Assembly (NCBI GenBank): GCA_963713855.1
Contig: OY970209.1
Location: forward strand, 1,440,001-1,504,000
Length of the DNA stretch: 64,000 nt
Reading direction: 5' to 3'
From: an uncultured bacterium
Lineage (GTDB): Bacteria > Babelota > Babeliae > Babelales > Babelaceae
Part shown: piece by piece, positions 1-10,411 of the stretch
Layout of the letters: each line of letters starts with the position of its first letter
Position numbering within the stretch: position 1 is the first letter of the stretch
The notes under the pieces: model-generated
What the model was told of the DNA's origin: nothing
Seen by the model: only the letters and a program-made list of their open reading frames with translations
The model's database searches: none
Translations under genes and position numbers: made by a program

Positions 1-1396
1 GTTCTAATAGATCGGGATCTTGAGCACGTAAAAGATCAATCATGAATTGCTGAGCGATAACAGTGTTGTCCACAGAAATCAAAGTATCTTCGCCATGCGC
101 CCTTTGCGCGTAAGACAATACCGAATAAGCTATAGCGGTTATAAGTTTTTTCTTTTTTTCTGTTTGGGTCTCATTGTGGTAAGCATTAATGAACTCTGGA
201 ACAAGCTCGTAAGCTGACATAGCTCCTAATTTATCAAGCAGATATGAAAACTCATCTACATCACGGTGCTGCGCCAAGCTCCATAGGTAACTCACTTTTG
301 TCCCATGGGAAATGTTCTCATCGTTGACGTAGGCTTGTATTCTGTCCTGGAATGAATCTGCAGACACTGCTCTTGTATTTTTTATATCAAACGGCGCATT
401 TTCGCTGCGCTTAAACAAAAAGCTGTTATACGTATGCCGCGGAATTAGTTTTACGTAACGTACGGTCGGTAGTCGTACGTTAAATCCTTTCAGATAACAG
501 TCAATTACAAAAGTATCACAACGAAATTTACCCCTGATTATACCTCTTTCGGTGATAAATCGATTTTGCGTTTGGTCGTAAACAGATCTTGAAGTATAGC
601 TTCCTTCTCTCCATTCCTCATCAGAAGTATACTCGGGATTAAATGACATTTGGGCTTTGCCAGCAAATACTGCAGCTTGTGCTTGATAAAAGTCAACAAA
701 ACCTGAGCCATCAAGCCCGTAGACTTCTCCCCAGTAAGGACTCAATTTTTTAAAACCGCTTAACTTGTTAACTTGTAAAACAGGATGCTCATTCAAAGCT
801 TCAATGACTGAAGGCAAACCAAACTCCATAAAACCTATATGCCCAGCAAAACTCCAAGGGGGCTGGTTTAAATCGCGCCCCAATACGTCAGCAGTACAAC
901 TTGAAGTGTACGAACAAAGAGCAGAACCGTCCGAACAATCTGACCTCGAGCCATGGGGACAGCGATAAGACGGCTTTATGACAGCACCTCTGGTAGCTAC
1001 CACATAATTAGGGTCTCGATTATGAATGCATTCAGCTTTCCAAAATTCACTTCTTGCACCCCCTCTACTAATAATCTCATTGTAAACATCCGCTCTATAT
1101 GCCGGAAAATCTTCGGGATATTGATCGGAGTAACTATCAAATTTTGGCCCAACCCAATGGCAGTCCTCAATTGGCTCAGTTTTTATCAATGCGTCTATTA
1201 GTTTGTCCTTACTAGATTTGTGAACATACTCAAAATGAGCATCACAACAACTATCATATTTCGTCGAGGCGTACACAACCGAATCAAACCAATCACCCGA
1301 AAATTCAGGCATAACATCAGCACATAATGACCAACATATATTTGCACTAACAACGAGCGCTATGAGGCGTATCGTGATACTTTGAATGAGCGTCAT
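1..1396 (-). CDS. Secreted protein with putative permuted papain-like (NlpC/P60, YiiX/LRAT-type) domain; runs off window edge
   Basis: Not in ORF track. Hand translation from ATG at 1396 (AGGAGG RBS upstream) is open to position 1: MTLIQSITIRLIALVVSANICWSLCA..., with DVLGRDL..AGHIGF (His) before KFRCDTFV (Cys). Confidence 0.65.
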   Translation of the reverse strand, partial: MTLIQSITIRLIALVVSANICWSLCADVMPEFSGDWFDSVVYASTKYDSCCDAHFEYVHKSSKDKLIDALIKTEPIEDCHWVGPKFDSYSDQYPEDFPAYRADVYNEIISRGGARSEFWKAECIHNRDPNYVVATRGAVIKPSYRCPHGSRSDCSDGSALCSYTSSCTADVLGRDLNQPPWSFAGHIGFMEFGLPSVIEALNEHPVLQVNKLSGFKKLSPYWGEVYGLDGSGFVDFYQAQAAVFAGKAQMSFNPEYTSDEEWREGSYTSRSVYDQTQNRFITERGIIRGKFRCDTFVIDCYLKGFNVRLPTVRYVKLIPRHTYNSFLFKRSENAPFDIKNTRAVSADSFQDRIQAYVNDENISHGTKVSYLWSLAQHRDVDEFSYLLDKLGAMSAYELVPEFINAYHNETQTEKKKKLITAIAYSVLSYAQRAHGEDTLISVDNTVIAQQFMIDLLRAQDPDLLE

Positions 1397-1494
1397 AGAC
1401 AATTCCTCCTTGGTTATTTTGTCCATTAATCAAACCATCTTTACCATACCATGCAAACTTGTGAAGTCGCAGAAAGTTTAAGACTCGGTAACAA

Positions 1495-2763
1495 TTAATT
1501 TACCTGCACCGAACTAAGCAACTGTAGGCGCTCAGCAGAGTTTTTATTAAAATAATATTTCTTCAACAAGAAAGCACTAATTAGTATAGCAGTACCTAAA
1601 GCTAAGGTGCCCCCAACACTAACCCCGATAATACAGCCAACACCACAACCATCATCATCTTGAGAACCACTATTTTGAGATGCAAGTGTTGCTATAATTA
1701 TCGAGCTATTTGGAGTTTCGTCAGAAGGGCCATATGTATTAGCAATAGCAATAAACATACCGTTAGGCGAAAACGAAACTCCAAAAGGGTTGCCGGTTCC
1801 CGATGGTAAGCTGTACGAAAATGGATTAGTTAAACCACCATTCTTTGGATTGGCTGCCGTAAACAAGTTCATATCATTTGATTGGTAATTCACAACAGCC
1901 AGACAATTACCGTTAGGTGAAAACGCCAATGCATTCGGCTTATTGGAATTTGATGGTAAAACATACGAGGTCGGCTGACCAATCACCTTATCATTTACCT
2001 CAAACAAAGTTACATCATTTGAATCGTAATTTGTGGAAGCAAGATACGAGCCATCTGGCGAAAATAGAACGGCGCCCGGCTTACGAGAAGTAGAGGGCAA
2101 TGGGTGCGAAGTACCATTCGTGAGTTTTCCTTCTATGACTCGAAAGACAGTCACATCATTGCTAACTAAATTAGCAGTGGCAAGCAGCGAATTATCAGGT
2201 GAAAAAGTTACCCAATACGTTTCCGATGAGCCTACTGGTAAAGCGTATGATACGCCAGGGCTCAATATTCCACCGGGTTTTACACCAAACATCGTCACGT
2301 CATTTGAAAATACGTTAGCAGTTGCAAGATATAAACCATTCGGCGAAAATGCTATCGATTGAGGATAGGTTGATCCTGAGGGCAAAGCATACGTAGCATT
2401 GACAGCTAAAGTACCACCTGGACTTACGTTAAAAACTGTTACATCGTATGAATAATAATTAGAAGTAGCAAGATATAAACCATCCGGCGAAAATGCTAAT
2501 GAAGAAGGATTATTAGAATGACCTGGCAACGGATAGGTGGCACCTTCATTAATTACTCCATCATTGAATGCAAACATAGTTATTGCATTTGAATTAAGAT
2601 CGGGGCTAGCAAGATATGCGCCATTGGGGGAAAATAATACCAAATTAATCCACTTAACATTGGTATGCAACGAATGCGCCTCCAAGGACGATACATCGCA
2701 GTTCTTAGACTCCAAGTTAGCCACAACAATAAACAGACTCGCTACAAAATACATCTTCATCAT
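1495..2763 (-). CDS. Beta-propeller protein (lactonase/WD40-like repeats), signal peptide and C-terminal TM anchor
   Basis: Seven repeats of xxFSPdGxyLAtxNxxSNdVTxF; hydrophobic C-terminal helix followed by KK. Confidence 0.85.
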   Translation of the reverse strand: MMKMYFVASLFIVVANLESKNCDVSSLEAHSLHTNVKWINLVLFSPNGAYLASPDLNSNAITMFAFNDGVINEGATYPLPGHSNNPSSLAFSPDGLYLATSNYYSYDVTVFNVSPGGTLAVNATYALPSGSTYPQSIAFSPNGLYLATANVFSNDVTMFGVKPGGILSPGVSYALPVGSSETYWVTFSPDNSLLATANLVSNDVTVFRVIEGKLTNGTSHPLPSTSRKPGAVLFSPDGSYLASTNYDSNDVTLFEVNDKVIGQPTSYVLPSNSNKPNALAFSPNGNCLAVVNYQSNDMNLFTAANPKNGGLTNPFSYSLPSGTGNPFGVSFSPNGMFIAIANTYGPSDETPNSSIIIATLASQNSGSQDDDGCGVGCIIGVSVGGTLALGTAILISAFLLKKYYFNKNSAERLQLLSSVQVN

Positions 2764-3073
2764 TATCTCCTACTCGCCTTTAAGCTTCTAAACTACCGTC
2801 ATCTCCTTGATGATCCACAAGCGATTTTAAGATATCTTTTACTTTTATTTTTGTCTCCAATTACTTTAGCCATAATTTATAGAATCATTAATTGATTATC
2901 GTCTTATATTTCTCAAACTCAACCATGTAAACCCCATTTAGAAAACTCGAATTTTTTAAAGCCCTTGCTTGAGCTGCAGGTAAAATAATGCAATTATTGA
3001 TATTTTGTACGTAAGTATGGTTAAATATAAAATATAAGTATTTTAAAAACTGTATCATTAGTAGGAAAACCAC

Positions 3074-3511
3074 ATGAAAAAACGTGTACTGTTAATGCTC
3101 TTATTATGCGGTAATTTTTTTAGTACGTCATTTGAGAGTAGCGCGTATACCTCTTTTTCATATGGCGCTAAAGATATATCTCATCGCAAAAGTCGTTCTT
3201 TTAAAAGATTTTTATGGCGCCAAAAACATCGGTTTCCTTTTTTTAGGCGTAGCCCTCAAGCCTCTAGTTACGTTTTTGACGTTTTAGATTACATTGAAAA
3301 GCACAACGGAAAGGCGCCGCCGGGATATGTTGGAGGCAGGGTTTTTAGTAATTATGATCGTCGGTTGCCAATAAACGCTTATTATCATGAGTATGATGTG
3401 CATCCTTTAAGGCAAGGAGTCAATCGAGGAGCTGAACGGCTTGTTAGAGGAAATGACGGCACCGCTTTTTATACACAGGATCATTATAGAACTTTTAAAA
3501 GAATAAAATAA
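3074..3511 (+). CDS. Secreted barnase/RNase Sa-family ribonuclease
   Basis: GGRVFSNYDRRLP, YHEYDV, RGAERLV, FYTQDHYRTF motifs; signal peptide. Confidence 0.92.
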   Translation: MKKRVLLMLLLCGNFFSTSFESSAYTSFSYGAKDISHRKSRSFKRFLWRQKHRFPFFRRSPQASSYVFDVLDYIEKHNGKAPPGYVGGRVFSNYDRRLPINAYYHEYDVHPLRQGVNRGAERLVRGNDGTAFYTQDHYRTFKRIK

Positions 3512-3524
3512 TAAGGGATATCTT

Positions 3525-4028
3525 ATGGAATTTTTAAAACGTATAACAAGCCTTTGCCCACCATATATACACCTTATTTCCGGTAGCAACGAAAAGCTTA
3601 ATCGCCTGGATGAGCTTATTAAAAAAGCAGAAGGTCAAAAGGCGCTCGTAAAGATCATTGATGGTAATAATTGTAAAACGCGTGAACAACTTTTTGAAGA
3701 ATTTGAAGATGTTCTGGAGTTTCCAGACTATTTTGGTCATAATTGGCAGGCACTTGACGAGTGCTTACATGACTTAAGTTGGCTTCCAGCAATGGCATAC
3801 ATTCTCATTATCAAAGATTTTAATAAAGTTCTGAAAGATTCAAAAGAAGATAAAAAAATTCTCATCGATATACTTGTAAAGACCTGCAATGCGTGGGCAA
3901 GCGGACAACATTACGGTGCTCTTACAAGAAAGCCAACCCCATTTCACGTTCTTTTACATGCCACTGAGCACACGAGGGTGGAGATTCTCCTTCTTTCGGA
4001 AACTCCCCAAGTTCATGAGCTTGATTAA
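3525..4028 (+). CDS. Barstar-family RNase inhibitor
   Basis: FPDYFGHNWQALDECLHDLSW motif, directly downstream of the RNase. Confidence 0.93.
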   Translation: MEFLKRITSLCPPYIHLISGSNEKLNRLDELIKKAEGQKALVKIIDGNNCKTREQLFEEFEDVLEFPDYFGHNWQALDECLHDLSWLPAMAYILIIKDFNKVLKDSKEDKKILIDILVKTCNAWASGQHYGALTRKPTPFHVLLHATEHTRVEILLLSETPQVHELD

Positions 4029-4148
4029 CTATTATTGGCTTCTAGAAGTATTTTTGAGTGATATTCTTATTTATTGATATCTGAAAATGTGCTATCTTGA
4101 TAGTAGCATCATTATTGCAAAAAGACCTATCAGATGGGTTTTTAACTC

Positions 4149-4928
4149 TTGGGGATATCAATGACAACTTTAGTACGATTTTTAAATATTGCCGTGTGTG
4201 TGCTGGCGGTAGCCTCTTCAACGCATCTTTCGGCTCAAGACCGTAAAGGGATACGCTTAAAACTTGTAGGCCAGGACGGATATTATGATCCTTATCTTGA
4301 TCGACACGTTTCATGGGATGAGCATCATAGAAACGAGTATGAAAGGGCTACCCAAAAACTGGCAAAACCGGTTGAGCAGGTTGACCCTCTTTGCCGTAAG
4401 CGCTTACTTGATACTTTAGAGGCTACCGGCGCTGGTAGGATATTTGTTGGCGCCATGAAAAAAGCTTTCGGCCCTCAATGGCTTTCAAAAATCCCTGCTT
4501 TAACACTTCCTACCTCTCAAGAAAGAGCTGAGGCTGGCAGATTCAAAGGTGGCACTGGTTACATTGATTATATTGTAGCTTCTGAGCTAGAACAGCTTGG
4601 CACCGCTATTGCGTGGGGATGTGATGAGTACCGAAGACCATTTATTGCTGTGGTATACGATGTCTATATGCTAAACAAACAAGATATTCTTAAACGTGGC
4701 ATAGTCCAAACATTCTTCTTACGATATACCGAAATTCCTGATGTGTGGATGCTTGCAGGTACAGGCTATCTAGGCGCTACAGCTGGGTCAGGTCTTGTGC
4801 GTGCTCAAGATTTTGAGGATGTAGTTACACTCCTTAAAGACGGCTTTGTAACTGTTAAAGGTCCTGAAGGATCACAAAATTATCCATTTGTTGAATTACA
4901 TATACCCCGTTTTGCATCAAGAAATTAG
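4149..4928 (+). CDS. Hypothetical secreted protein (start probably ATG 4161)
   Basis: 259-aa ORF with signal-like N-terminus, followed by a terminator. Confidence 0.7.
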   Translation: MGISMTTLVRFLNIAVCVLAVASSTHLSAQDRKGIRLKLVGQDGYYDPYLDRHVSWDEHHRNEYERATQKLAKPVEQVDPLCRKRLLDTLEATGAGRIFVGAMKKAFGPQWLSKIPALTLPTSQERAEAGRFKGGTGYIDYIVASELEQLGTAIAWGCDEYRRPFIAVVYDVYMLNKQDILKRGIVQTFFLRYTEIPDVWMLAGTGYLGATAGSGLVRAQDFEDVVTLLKDGFVTVKGPEGSQNYPFVELHIPRFASRN

Positions 4929-4939
4929 GCTCTATAGAT

Positions 4940-4970
4940 AAAGGTGCTGGCAAAGCCAGCACCTTTTTTT
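4940..4970 (+). terminator. Intrinsic terminator
   Basis: AAAGGTGCTGGC-AAA-GCCAGCACCTTT then T-run. Confidence 0.9.
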
Positions 4971-5202
4971 GTCAGCTCTTTTAAGCTATCGCTTTGCCTA
5001 AAGCTCTTGAAAATCGAATCAAGTACCAGAAAGCTACATCAAGTGATGTCTTTGTTGAATTGACTTTGCGCAGATGATCTTGATACATTTATTAGTACAA
5101 ATATTAAGTTATTTTTATTTGAAAAATAGCTGATGGTAAATTTTGTGTGGGTTTTACTTTCTCCATCTTTAAAAAAGAGCTTTCAGAAAAAAGGAGAATG
5201 CA

Positions 5203-5631
5203 ATGAAGTATTTTAAGAGTTTAGCAATGTTACTCGTTGCGACGCTAATGCCTGTGGCTGGGCATGCCGCGTTATTCACGATTCAAAATAATGGAATAAA
5301 CTCCGTTCAGGTCACTCTCGATGTAGTTAATGAAATTACGGGTAATAGCCTGACGCCGCTCACCGGTACTGCTGTCCCAGGAAAGCCACCTATACAGCTT
5401 GATGCTCATGGGGGTAACTGCGCTTGGGGTGTTAGACTTTCAAAAGGAGAAGGAAGATTTGATGCATGGGGTGCAGCCACACAGGTTAACGGAACGGATG
5501 CTACCGGAACGAAGCCTGTTCAAATGTGTCACGACGGAACCATTACGTTGACCACAGCACCGGCTTCTGGACCACAGGGTGCAGTGGGTATGGTAGTATG
5601 GACTATAAACAATCCAACTTCTTACCCTTAA
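5203..5631 (+). CDS. Small secreted protein, tandem paralog A
   Basis: Signal peptide; shares TIxNxGIxSVQ, LTGTA, LDA..NC, RLSKGEG, WTIxNP with the next ORF. Confidence 0.8.
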   Translation: MKYFKSLAMLLVATLMPVAGHAALFTIQNNGINSVQVTLDVVNEITGNSLTPLTGTAVPGKPPIQLDAHGGNCAWGVRLSKGEGRFDAWGAATQVNGTDATGTKPVQMCHDGTITLTTAPASGPQGAVGMVVWTINNPTSYP

Positions 5632-5724
5632 ACGTACCAGTGCAGCGTTTTTGTGATTATGAATCTATCGGCAAGGGCAGTTTTCTGAGGCTGTATCAAA
5701 ATGAAGAATTATAAGGAGAGAAAA

Positions 5725-6147
5725 ATGAAGTTTTTAGGAAGATTACTATGGTCAATTAGTATAATGTTAACGCCGGTAACAGCTCTACAGGCAGCGGTAT
5801 TGACCATTGAAAATAGAGGAATATATTCTGTTCAGATCGATCTTTCTTTAGTCGACCGCGATAACCAAATCAAAAGTGCCGGTATACTTACTGGCACAGC
5901 TCCTGCAGGAAGGATGATACGACTTGATGCGGGCAAAAATTGTGTAACAACAATCAGGCTTTCCAAGGGAGAGGGAGGACTTGATGTCCATGGTGACATT
6001 ACGAAATACAATGTTAACGACGCCGATGCCAGCGGAGCAAAGCAGGTAAGAATATGTAATAATGCAACCATTACCTTAACAAATGAGCCCGTTCCAGGCG
6101 TATGTCCCGTACGGTGGACTATTCAAAATCCATCAATCCCACACTAA
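5725..6147 (+). CDS. Small secreted protein, tandem paralog B
   Basis: AAGGAG RBS before ATG 5725; motifs shared with 5203-5631. Confidence 0.8.
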   Translation: MKFLGRLLWSISIMLTPVTALQAAVLTIENRGIYSVQIDLSLVDRDNQIKSAGILTGTAPAGRMIRLDAGKNCVTTIRLSKGEGGLDVHGDITKYNVNDADASGAKQVRICNNATITLTNEPVPGVCPVRWTIQNPSIPH

Positions 6148-6421
6148 CCATTTTGACTACAGTCTGCAAATCTTCTATTTAAACCGCCAAAGCTTCTCGT
6201 TCACAGTTTTTCTTGTGCGCAGGAAGCCAAGGCGGCTTTCATTTGATCTTTTTTTTTGCTCCAAAGCGCTTCTTTTTCCTCAACTTCTTTTAATTTGATA
6301 AAATCGAGCGAAGGTACTATGATGACTTCGTTCATCAACGAAATATACAATTCTTGAGATACCTATACCAGCAATTAGCTGAAAAATACGTCGGGTTTCA
6401 TACTTAAAAAGGAGAGTATCT

Positions 6422-7273
6422 ATGTACTTGAAAGCTACAGCATTGTGTCTTATTGGTCTTTCGTTCCTACTTACAACTCATGAAACGCGTCCATTTAAAG
6501 TGGGAAACGTAGAGGTTACCAAAGAAGGTGCAGCGATGGGGGTGGGCGCTACAGGACTGGCGATATATTTTGGAATCGCAAATCTTAATAGGGATGCAAT
6601 TGGAACCGTTCGTGGCCTCGGTTTTACCCAAGAGGAAGCTAAAGGGCTTACAGTTATTTTAACCGTGCTCTTTGTATTACAAGCACTAGGTTTTCATAAC
6701 ATAACGTGGCCTGTATGGCTGTTAGGTATTGTAACGGTATCTAAGTTGCTTCAAGGTGGCGTTGATCCAGTTCGAAGATTGGGAAGGCGTATAGAATATG
6801 GCCATTTACCTTTAGCAATGGCAGTTATTCTTATGGGCGTTTTTGCGATTTGGCAGCAGGGCGCAGTAGTATTCAATCATAAAACCTTGTCTGATTTTAT
6901 AGGTATGTTTTTAGCTACTTTTGGCACACTGAAAGCAATAAACTTTGAACACTTCATAGCTCCTTTCGTGCAGTATGACTTAATAGCGTCGTTTTTCAGT
7001 CTGTACGCCTACCTGTATCCGATTATTGAACTCGCTGTTGGGTCAGCTATCTTGAGCAATGCATATGTTGATGTAGCAACAACAGTAACAGCAGGATTAG
7101 CCGGTCTTGGTATTGTGGATGCGCTTGTTACATTGTTGAAGGGTAAGGTTGTCATTCCTAATCATTTAATCAGTTTCAGAGTAGCACCTCCTTTGCAGGT
7201 GACTGAAACGATACTGATGGCCATAGCAAGCTGGGCCAAACTATTACCTCTATTTCGTAAGATAGGTTTTTAA
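6422..7273 (+). CDS. Membrane protein with C-terminal MauE/DoxX-like domain
   Basis: Multiple TM helices; F..FVQYDLIA..YAYLYPIIEL motif. Confidence 0.65.
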   Translation: MYLKATALCLIGLSFLLTTHETRPFKVGNVEVTKEGAAMGVGATGLAIYFGIANLNRDAIGTVRGLGFTQEEAKGLTVILTVLFVLQALGFHNITWPVWLLGIVTVSKLLQGGVDPVRRLGRRIEYGHLPLAMAVILMGVFAIWQQGAVVFNHKTLSDFIGMFLATFGTLKAINFEHFIAPFVQYDLIASFFSLYAYLYPIIELAVGSAILSNAYVDVATTVTAGLAGLGIVDALVTLLKGKVVIPNHLISFRVAPPLQVTETILMAIASWAKLLPLFRKIGF

Positions 7274-7346
7274 GTTTTTGTGACAGGTGAGGTTGATCTT
7301 TTTGGCCAACCTTACCTGTTTTTTGGCGTTTGCGGTCATATAAAAA

Positions 7347-8411
7347 GTGAGCTATGATAGCACTACTTATGCGACTTTTTCAAAAAGGAGCACCGTGATA
7401 AAGCATAGCATAGCTCTCATACTTAGTGCCTTATTGTGCACTTTCTTATTTTGCGCAGCCGATGGCACTAAAGAGGTGTTTCTTGCAGAATCGCCTTACT
7501 CTTTAGAAGCACATTTTAGTGCTCTTTTTTTACGGCCAACGAGTATTCTTGACTATGCTGCTGAAGCCCCACCACGTCCTTCATCACAGCGCACCAGAAT
7601 ATTCGATATAAATCCTGATTTTCATTTTGGTTTTGATGTAGGCTTTGATGCGGTTGTTTCAGGCACTAACACAAGTATAGCCTTTGACTGGAAGCATTTA
7701 AGGTCTGCACATTCGGCAGCCCATAATGCCTTACGTGAAAACGTGATCGGACCCCTATTTGCGATAGGCGAGTCTGACTACAAAAAAGCTCGCGGCCATG
7801 TGAATTTCAAGTTTGACGAAATTACCGTTACTGCTGGCCAATTGGTGCATTTTGGAGATTGTTTGCAAACAAATTTATTTGCCGGTGTTCGTTTTGCAAG
7901 GATCAGGCAATGCTTGCTTTCACGTTTTGCAAATACTGACAAGTCCATTGTACGTACACTTGAAGCTCCTTCTCAATTTATGGGAACTGGACTTCTTATC
8001 GGGTTTAGTTTTGCTTATAATTTCTTAAGTAATCTCTACTTTACGGGAAATGCATCAGCGGCACTTCTTGTGGGATCTATACACAATCAGACAGATTTTA
8101 CTGCCATTTCACCAACAATACCTCCTGTGCAAAGTACGGCCGTACAAAAAAGGCGTTGCACCGTGCCTACTTTTGAGGATAAGATTGCTCTCGCATGGTA
8201 CTTTGGCATAGGTGAGGCACGTATGAGTATTGAGGCAGGTTATTTTATTACCCTTTTTATTAATGCCCTACAGTCTATCAATATAAGCAACGATGTTATC
8301 ACTTTACCTAAAGGGCCTGACGCAGCTCGCGTATTCGCCCATACTTTTCATCGAACAGCAAGCAATTTCGCTCTCAGTGGACCTTACGTGACCGTATCTC
8401 TTGCTTACTAA
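7347..8411 (+). CDS. Legionella MOMP-like (Lpg1974 family) outer-membrane porin
   Basis: ALFLRP..LDYA, INPDFHFGFDVG, FAGVRFARI, SQFMGTG, C-terminal NFALSGPYVTVSLAY. Confidence 0.8.
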   Translation: MSYDSTTYATFSKRSTVIKHSIALILSALLCTFLFCAADGTKEVFLAESPYSLEAHFSALFLRPTSILDYAAEAPPRPSSQRTRIFDINPDFHFGFDVGFDAVVSGTNTSIAFDWKHLRSAHSAAHNALRENVIGPLFAIGESDYKKARGHVNFKFDEITVTAGQLVHFGDCLQTNLFAGVRFARIRQCLLSRFANTDKSIVRTLEAPSQFMGTGLLIGFSFAYNFLSNLYFTGNASAALLVGSIHNQTDFTAISPTIPPVQSTAVQKRRCTVPTFEDKIALAWYFGIGEARMSIEAGYFITLFINALQSINISNDVITLPKGPDAARVFAHTFHRTASNFALSGPYVTVSLAY

Positions 8412-8548
8412 AACACATTAAATTTGATGAAATGGCCTACCAAAAGAGCTATCTAACTATCTTTCTGTATGAAAATGTCACAAATTCTTGATTTTTAGTA
8501 ATTAAAATTGCTAACGTTAATTTAGAGTGATGTTATGGATGGTATTTT

Positions 8549-8812
8549 ATGATAAAATATATTTTGTTTCTGGGGATCATCACCTGGTGCTTTCAAGTTC
8601 AACCTGATGACCCCAAACCGTGTCTAACGGCATACGATTGCACAGATTTAAATAATCCGTGCCCATGCTATTCTGCAAAAGAGTGCAAGCTCAGGTCAAA
8701 CGAAGCTACCGATTTTCCAATATTTGAACTGAGAGACTCTGCGCGTAATTACTGCTATTGTACTCCATGGGATTTTGACAATTATAAAAAGTTGTGCGCG
8801 GCTAAGGAGTAA
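8549..8812 (+). CDS. Small Cys-rich secreted protein
   Basis: Signal peptide and 8 Cys in the mature part. Confidence 0.65.
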   Translation: MIKYILFLGIITWCFQVQPDDPKPCLTAYDCTDLNNPCPCYSAKECKLRSNEATDFPIFELRDSARNYCYCTPWDFDNYKKLCAAKE

Positions 8813-8821
8813 GAAGCTCTT

Positions 8822-9574
8822 ATGACAGTCTTAGTAACGGGTATTGCGCTGCTCATACTTTATTTATTCGGTATGATAGTTCTTGTCACCTATAAGGGTG
8901 ATACAAGTATTGCTAATTTTACCTGGGGCGGAGGCGTGCTGCTTGTAGCGGTTTATTCCTTTTTTACGCTAAGTCAGATGGGACCGCGACAGATACTGAT
9001 TACTACTATGACAGTACTCTGGGCGTTGCGTTTAATTGTTTACCTCTACGTTCGCTACACTGGTAAAGATCCCCGATTTACGGCTTGGAAATGGCAAGGA
9101 TTAAAGGCGCTTTTGATTAATACCGTTTGGGTGCTTGGGCAAGGCGTTATGATTGCTCTCATGAGTATTCCTGCATTAATAGTCAATACAAGCTCAGTAA
9201 ATCACTTAGGACCTCTTGACGTTCTCGGAGCGGCTTTATGGTTTGTTGGCTTTCTTTATGAGGCTATGAGCGATTACCAGTTATTTACCTTCATGCATAA
9301 TCCTGCCAATAAGGCCCACGTTATGCAGTCTGGTCTTTGGAGATATTCTCGTCACCCTAATTATTTTGGTGAAGTTGTTATGTGGTGGGGTATGTACCTC
9401 ATTGCTTTATCGGTGCCCTATGGCTATATCGCCATCATAGCTCCGATTACTATTACCTTTCTAATCTTATTCGTAACGGGCGTTCCTATGGCTGAAAGGC
9501 CATTTTCTAAAAACCCGGAATATCAGGAATATAAGCGCAGAACGAGCGCGTTTATCCCTTGGTTTTTAAAATGA
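8822..9574 (+). CDS. DUF1295 / steroid 5-alpha-reductase-like membrane protein
   Basis: KDPRF, SDYQL, GLWRYSRHPNYFGE, EYQEYKRRTSAFIPW. Confidence 0.92.
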   Translation: MTVLVTGIALLILYLFGMIVLVTYKGDTSIANFTWGGGVLLVAVYSFFTLSQMGPRQILITTMTVLWALRLIVYLYVRYTGKDPRFTAWKWQGLKALLINTVWVLGQGVMIALMSIPALIVNTSSVNHLGPLDVLGAALWFVGFLYEAMSDYQLFTFMHNPANKAHVMQSGLWRYSRHPNYFGEVVMWWGMYLIALSVPYGYIAIIAPITITFLILFVTGVPMAERPFSKNPEYQEYKRRTSAFIPWFLK

Positions 9575-9577
9575 ATT

Positions 9578-9790
9578 TCAACGAATTTTCGTTAATGCGG
9601 AGCCTTTATGCATGGCTAAGTGATCAGTTTTATCACTCTTAATTAAATACTGTGGCTCCTCCTTTGAAGCGTGAACAATGTAATTTTTAAACAGTATTTG
9701 GGATGTTATTTTTTTCTTAATGACTCCGGAAACTCGGCCAGCCTCCGAGTTCCACTCTACGTGGTCGCCGACCTTAAATTCTTTTGCCAT
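9578..9790 (-). CDS. DUF2945 (HVA1-like) protein
   Basis: FKVGDHVEWNSEAG...ASKEEPQYLIKSDKTDHLAMHKGSAL. Confidence 0.9.
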   Translation of the reverse strand: MAKEFKVGDHVEWNSEAGRVSGVIKKKITSQILFKNYIVHASKEEPQYLIKSDKTDHLAMHKGSALTKIR

Positions 9791-9859
9791 ACTCTTTACC
9801 TAGTACCTAAAAAACCTGTAATGCTATAAAGTACCTTATGCAGAGTGTGAGATGTAAGC

Positions 9860-10411
9860 ATGACTCAAAGCAAGCAAAAAATTACCGTTTTTACCATAGG
9901 CCATTCAACGCGCTCTTTGGAGCAGTTTATTGAGCTTATAAAGCACTATGGCATTAAGCACGTTATAGACATCCGAACAATTGCTAGATCCCGCTTTAAC
10001 CCGCAATTTAATGAAGAAACGCTTCCAAAATCTCTTAAATCTAAAGGGATCAGCTACACTCACATGAAAGAGCTTGGTGGTCTTCGCCATGCATCTCCCG
10101 ATTCGATAAATACTGGTTGGCATAACGCTTCATTTCGCGGGTATGCTGACTACATGCAAACGGACGCATTTGCTAAAGGTATAGATCTACTTATCAAGTA
10201 CGCTTTACATGATCAAATAGTGATAATGTGTGCAGAAGCTGTACCTTGGCGCTGCCACAGATCACTTATAGCAGATGCCCTTCTTGTTAGAGGCATTGAT
10301 GTTGAAGATATATTCTCGCAAACCTCTGTTAAACCACACAAGCTCACACCATGGGCCCAAGTTCATGGACACACTATTACGTATCCCGAAAGTGACGAGC
10401 CTAAAAGTTAA
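9860..10411 (+). CDS. DUF488 family protein
   Basis: TIGHSTR, SRFNPQFN, LGGLR, MCAEAVPWRCHRSLIAD. Confidence 0.93.
   Translation: MTQSKQKITVFTIGHSTRSLEQFIELIKHYGIKHVIDIRTIARSRFNPQFNEETLPKSLKSKGISYTHMKELGGLRHASPDSINTGWHNASFRGYADYMQTDAFAKGIDLLIKYALHDQIVIMCAEAVPWRCHRSLIADALLVRGIDVEDIFSQTSVKPHKLTPWAQVHGHTITYPESDEPKS

Noticed and set aside
765..1201. Two plus-strand ORFs
   Set aside because: Shadows of the long minus-strand CDS 1-1396; the same applies to most short antisense ORFs in the track.
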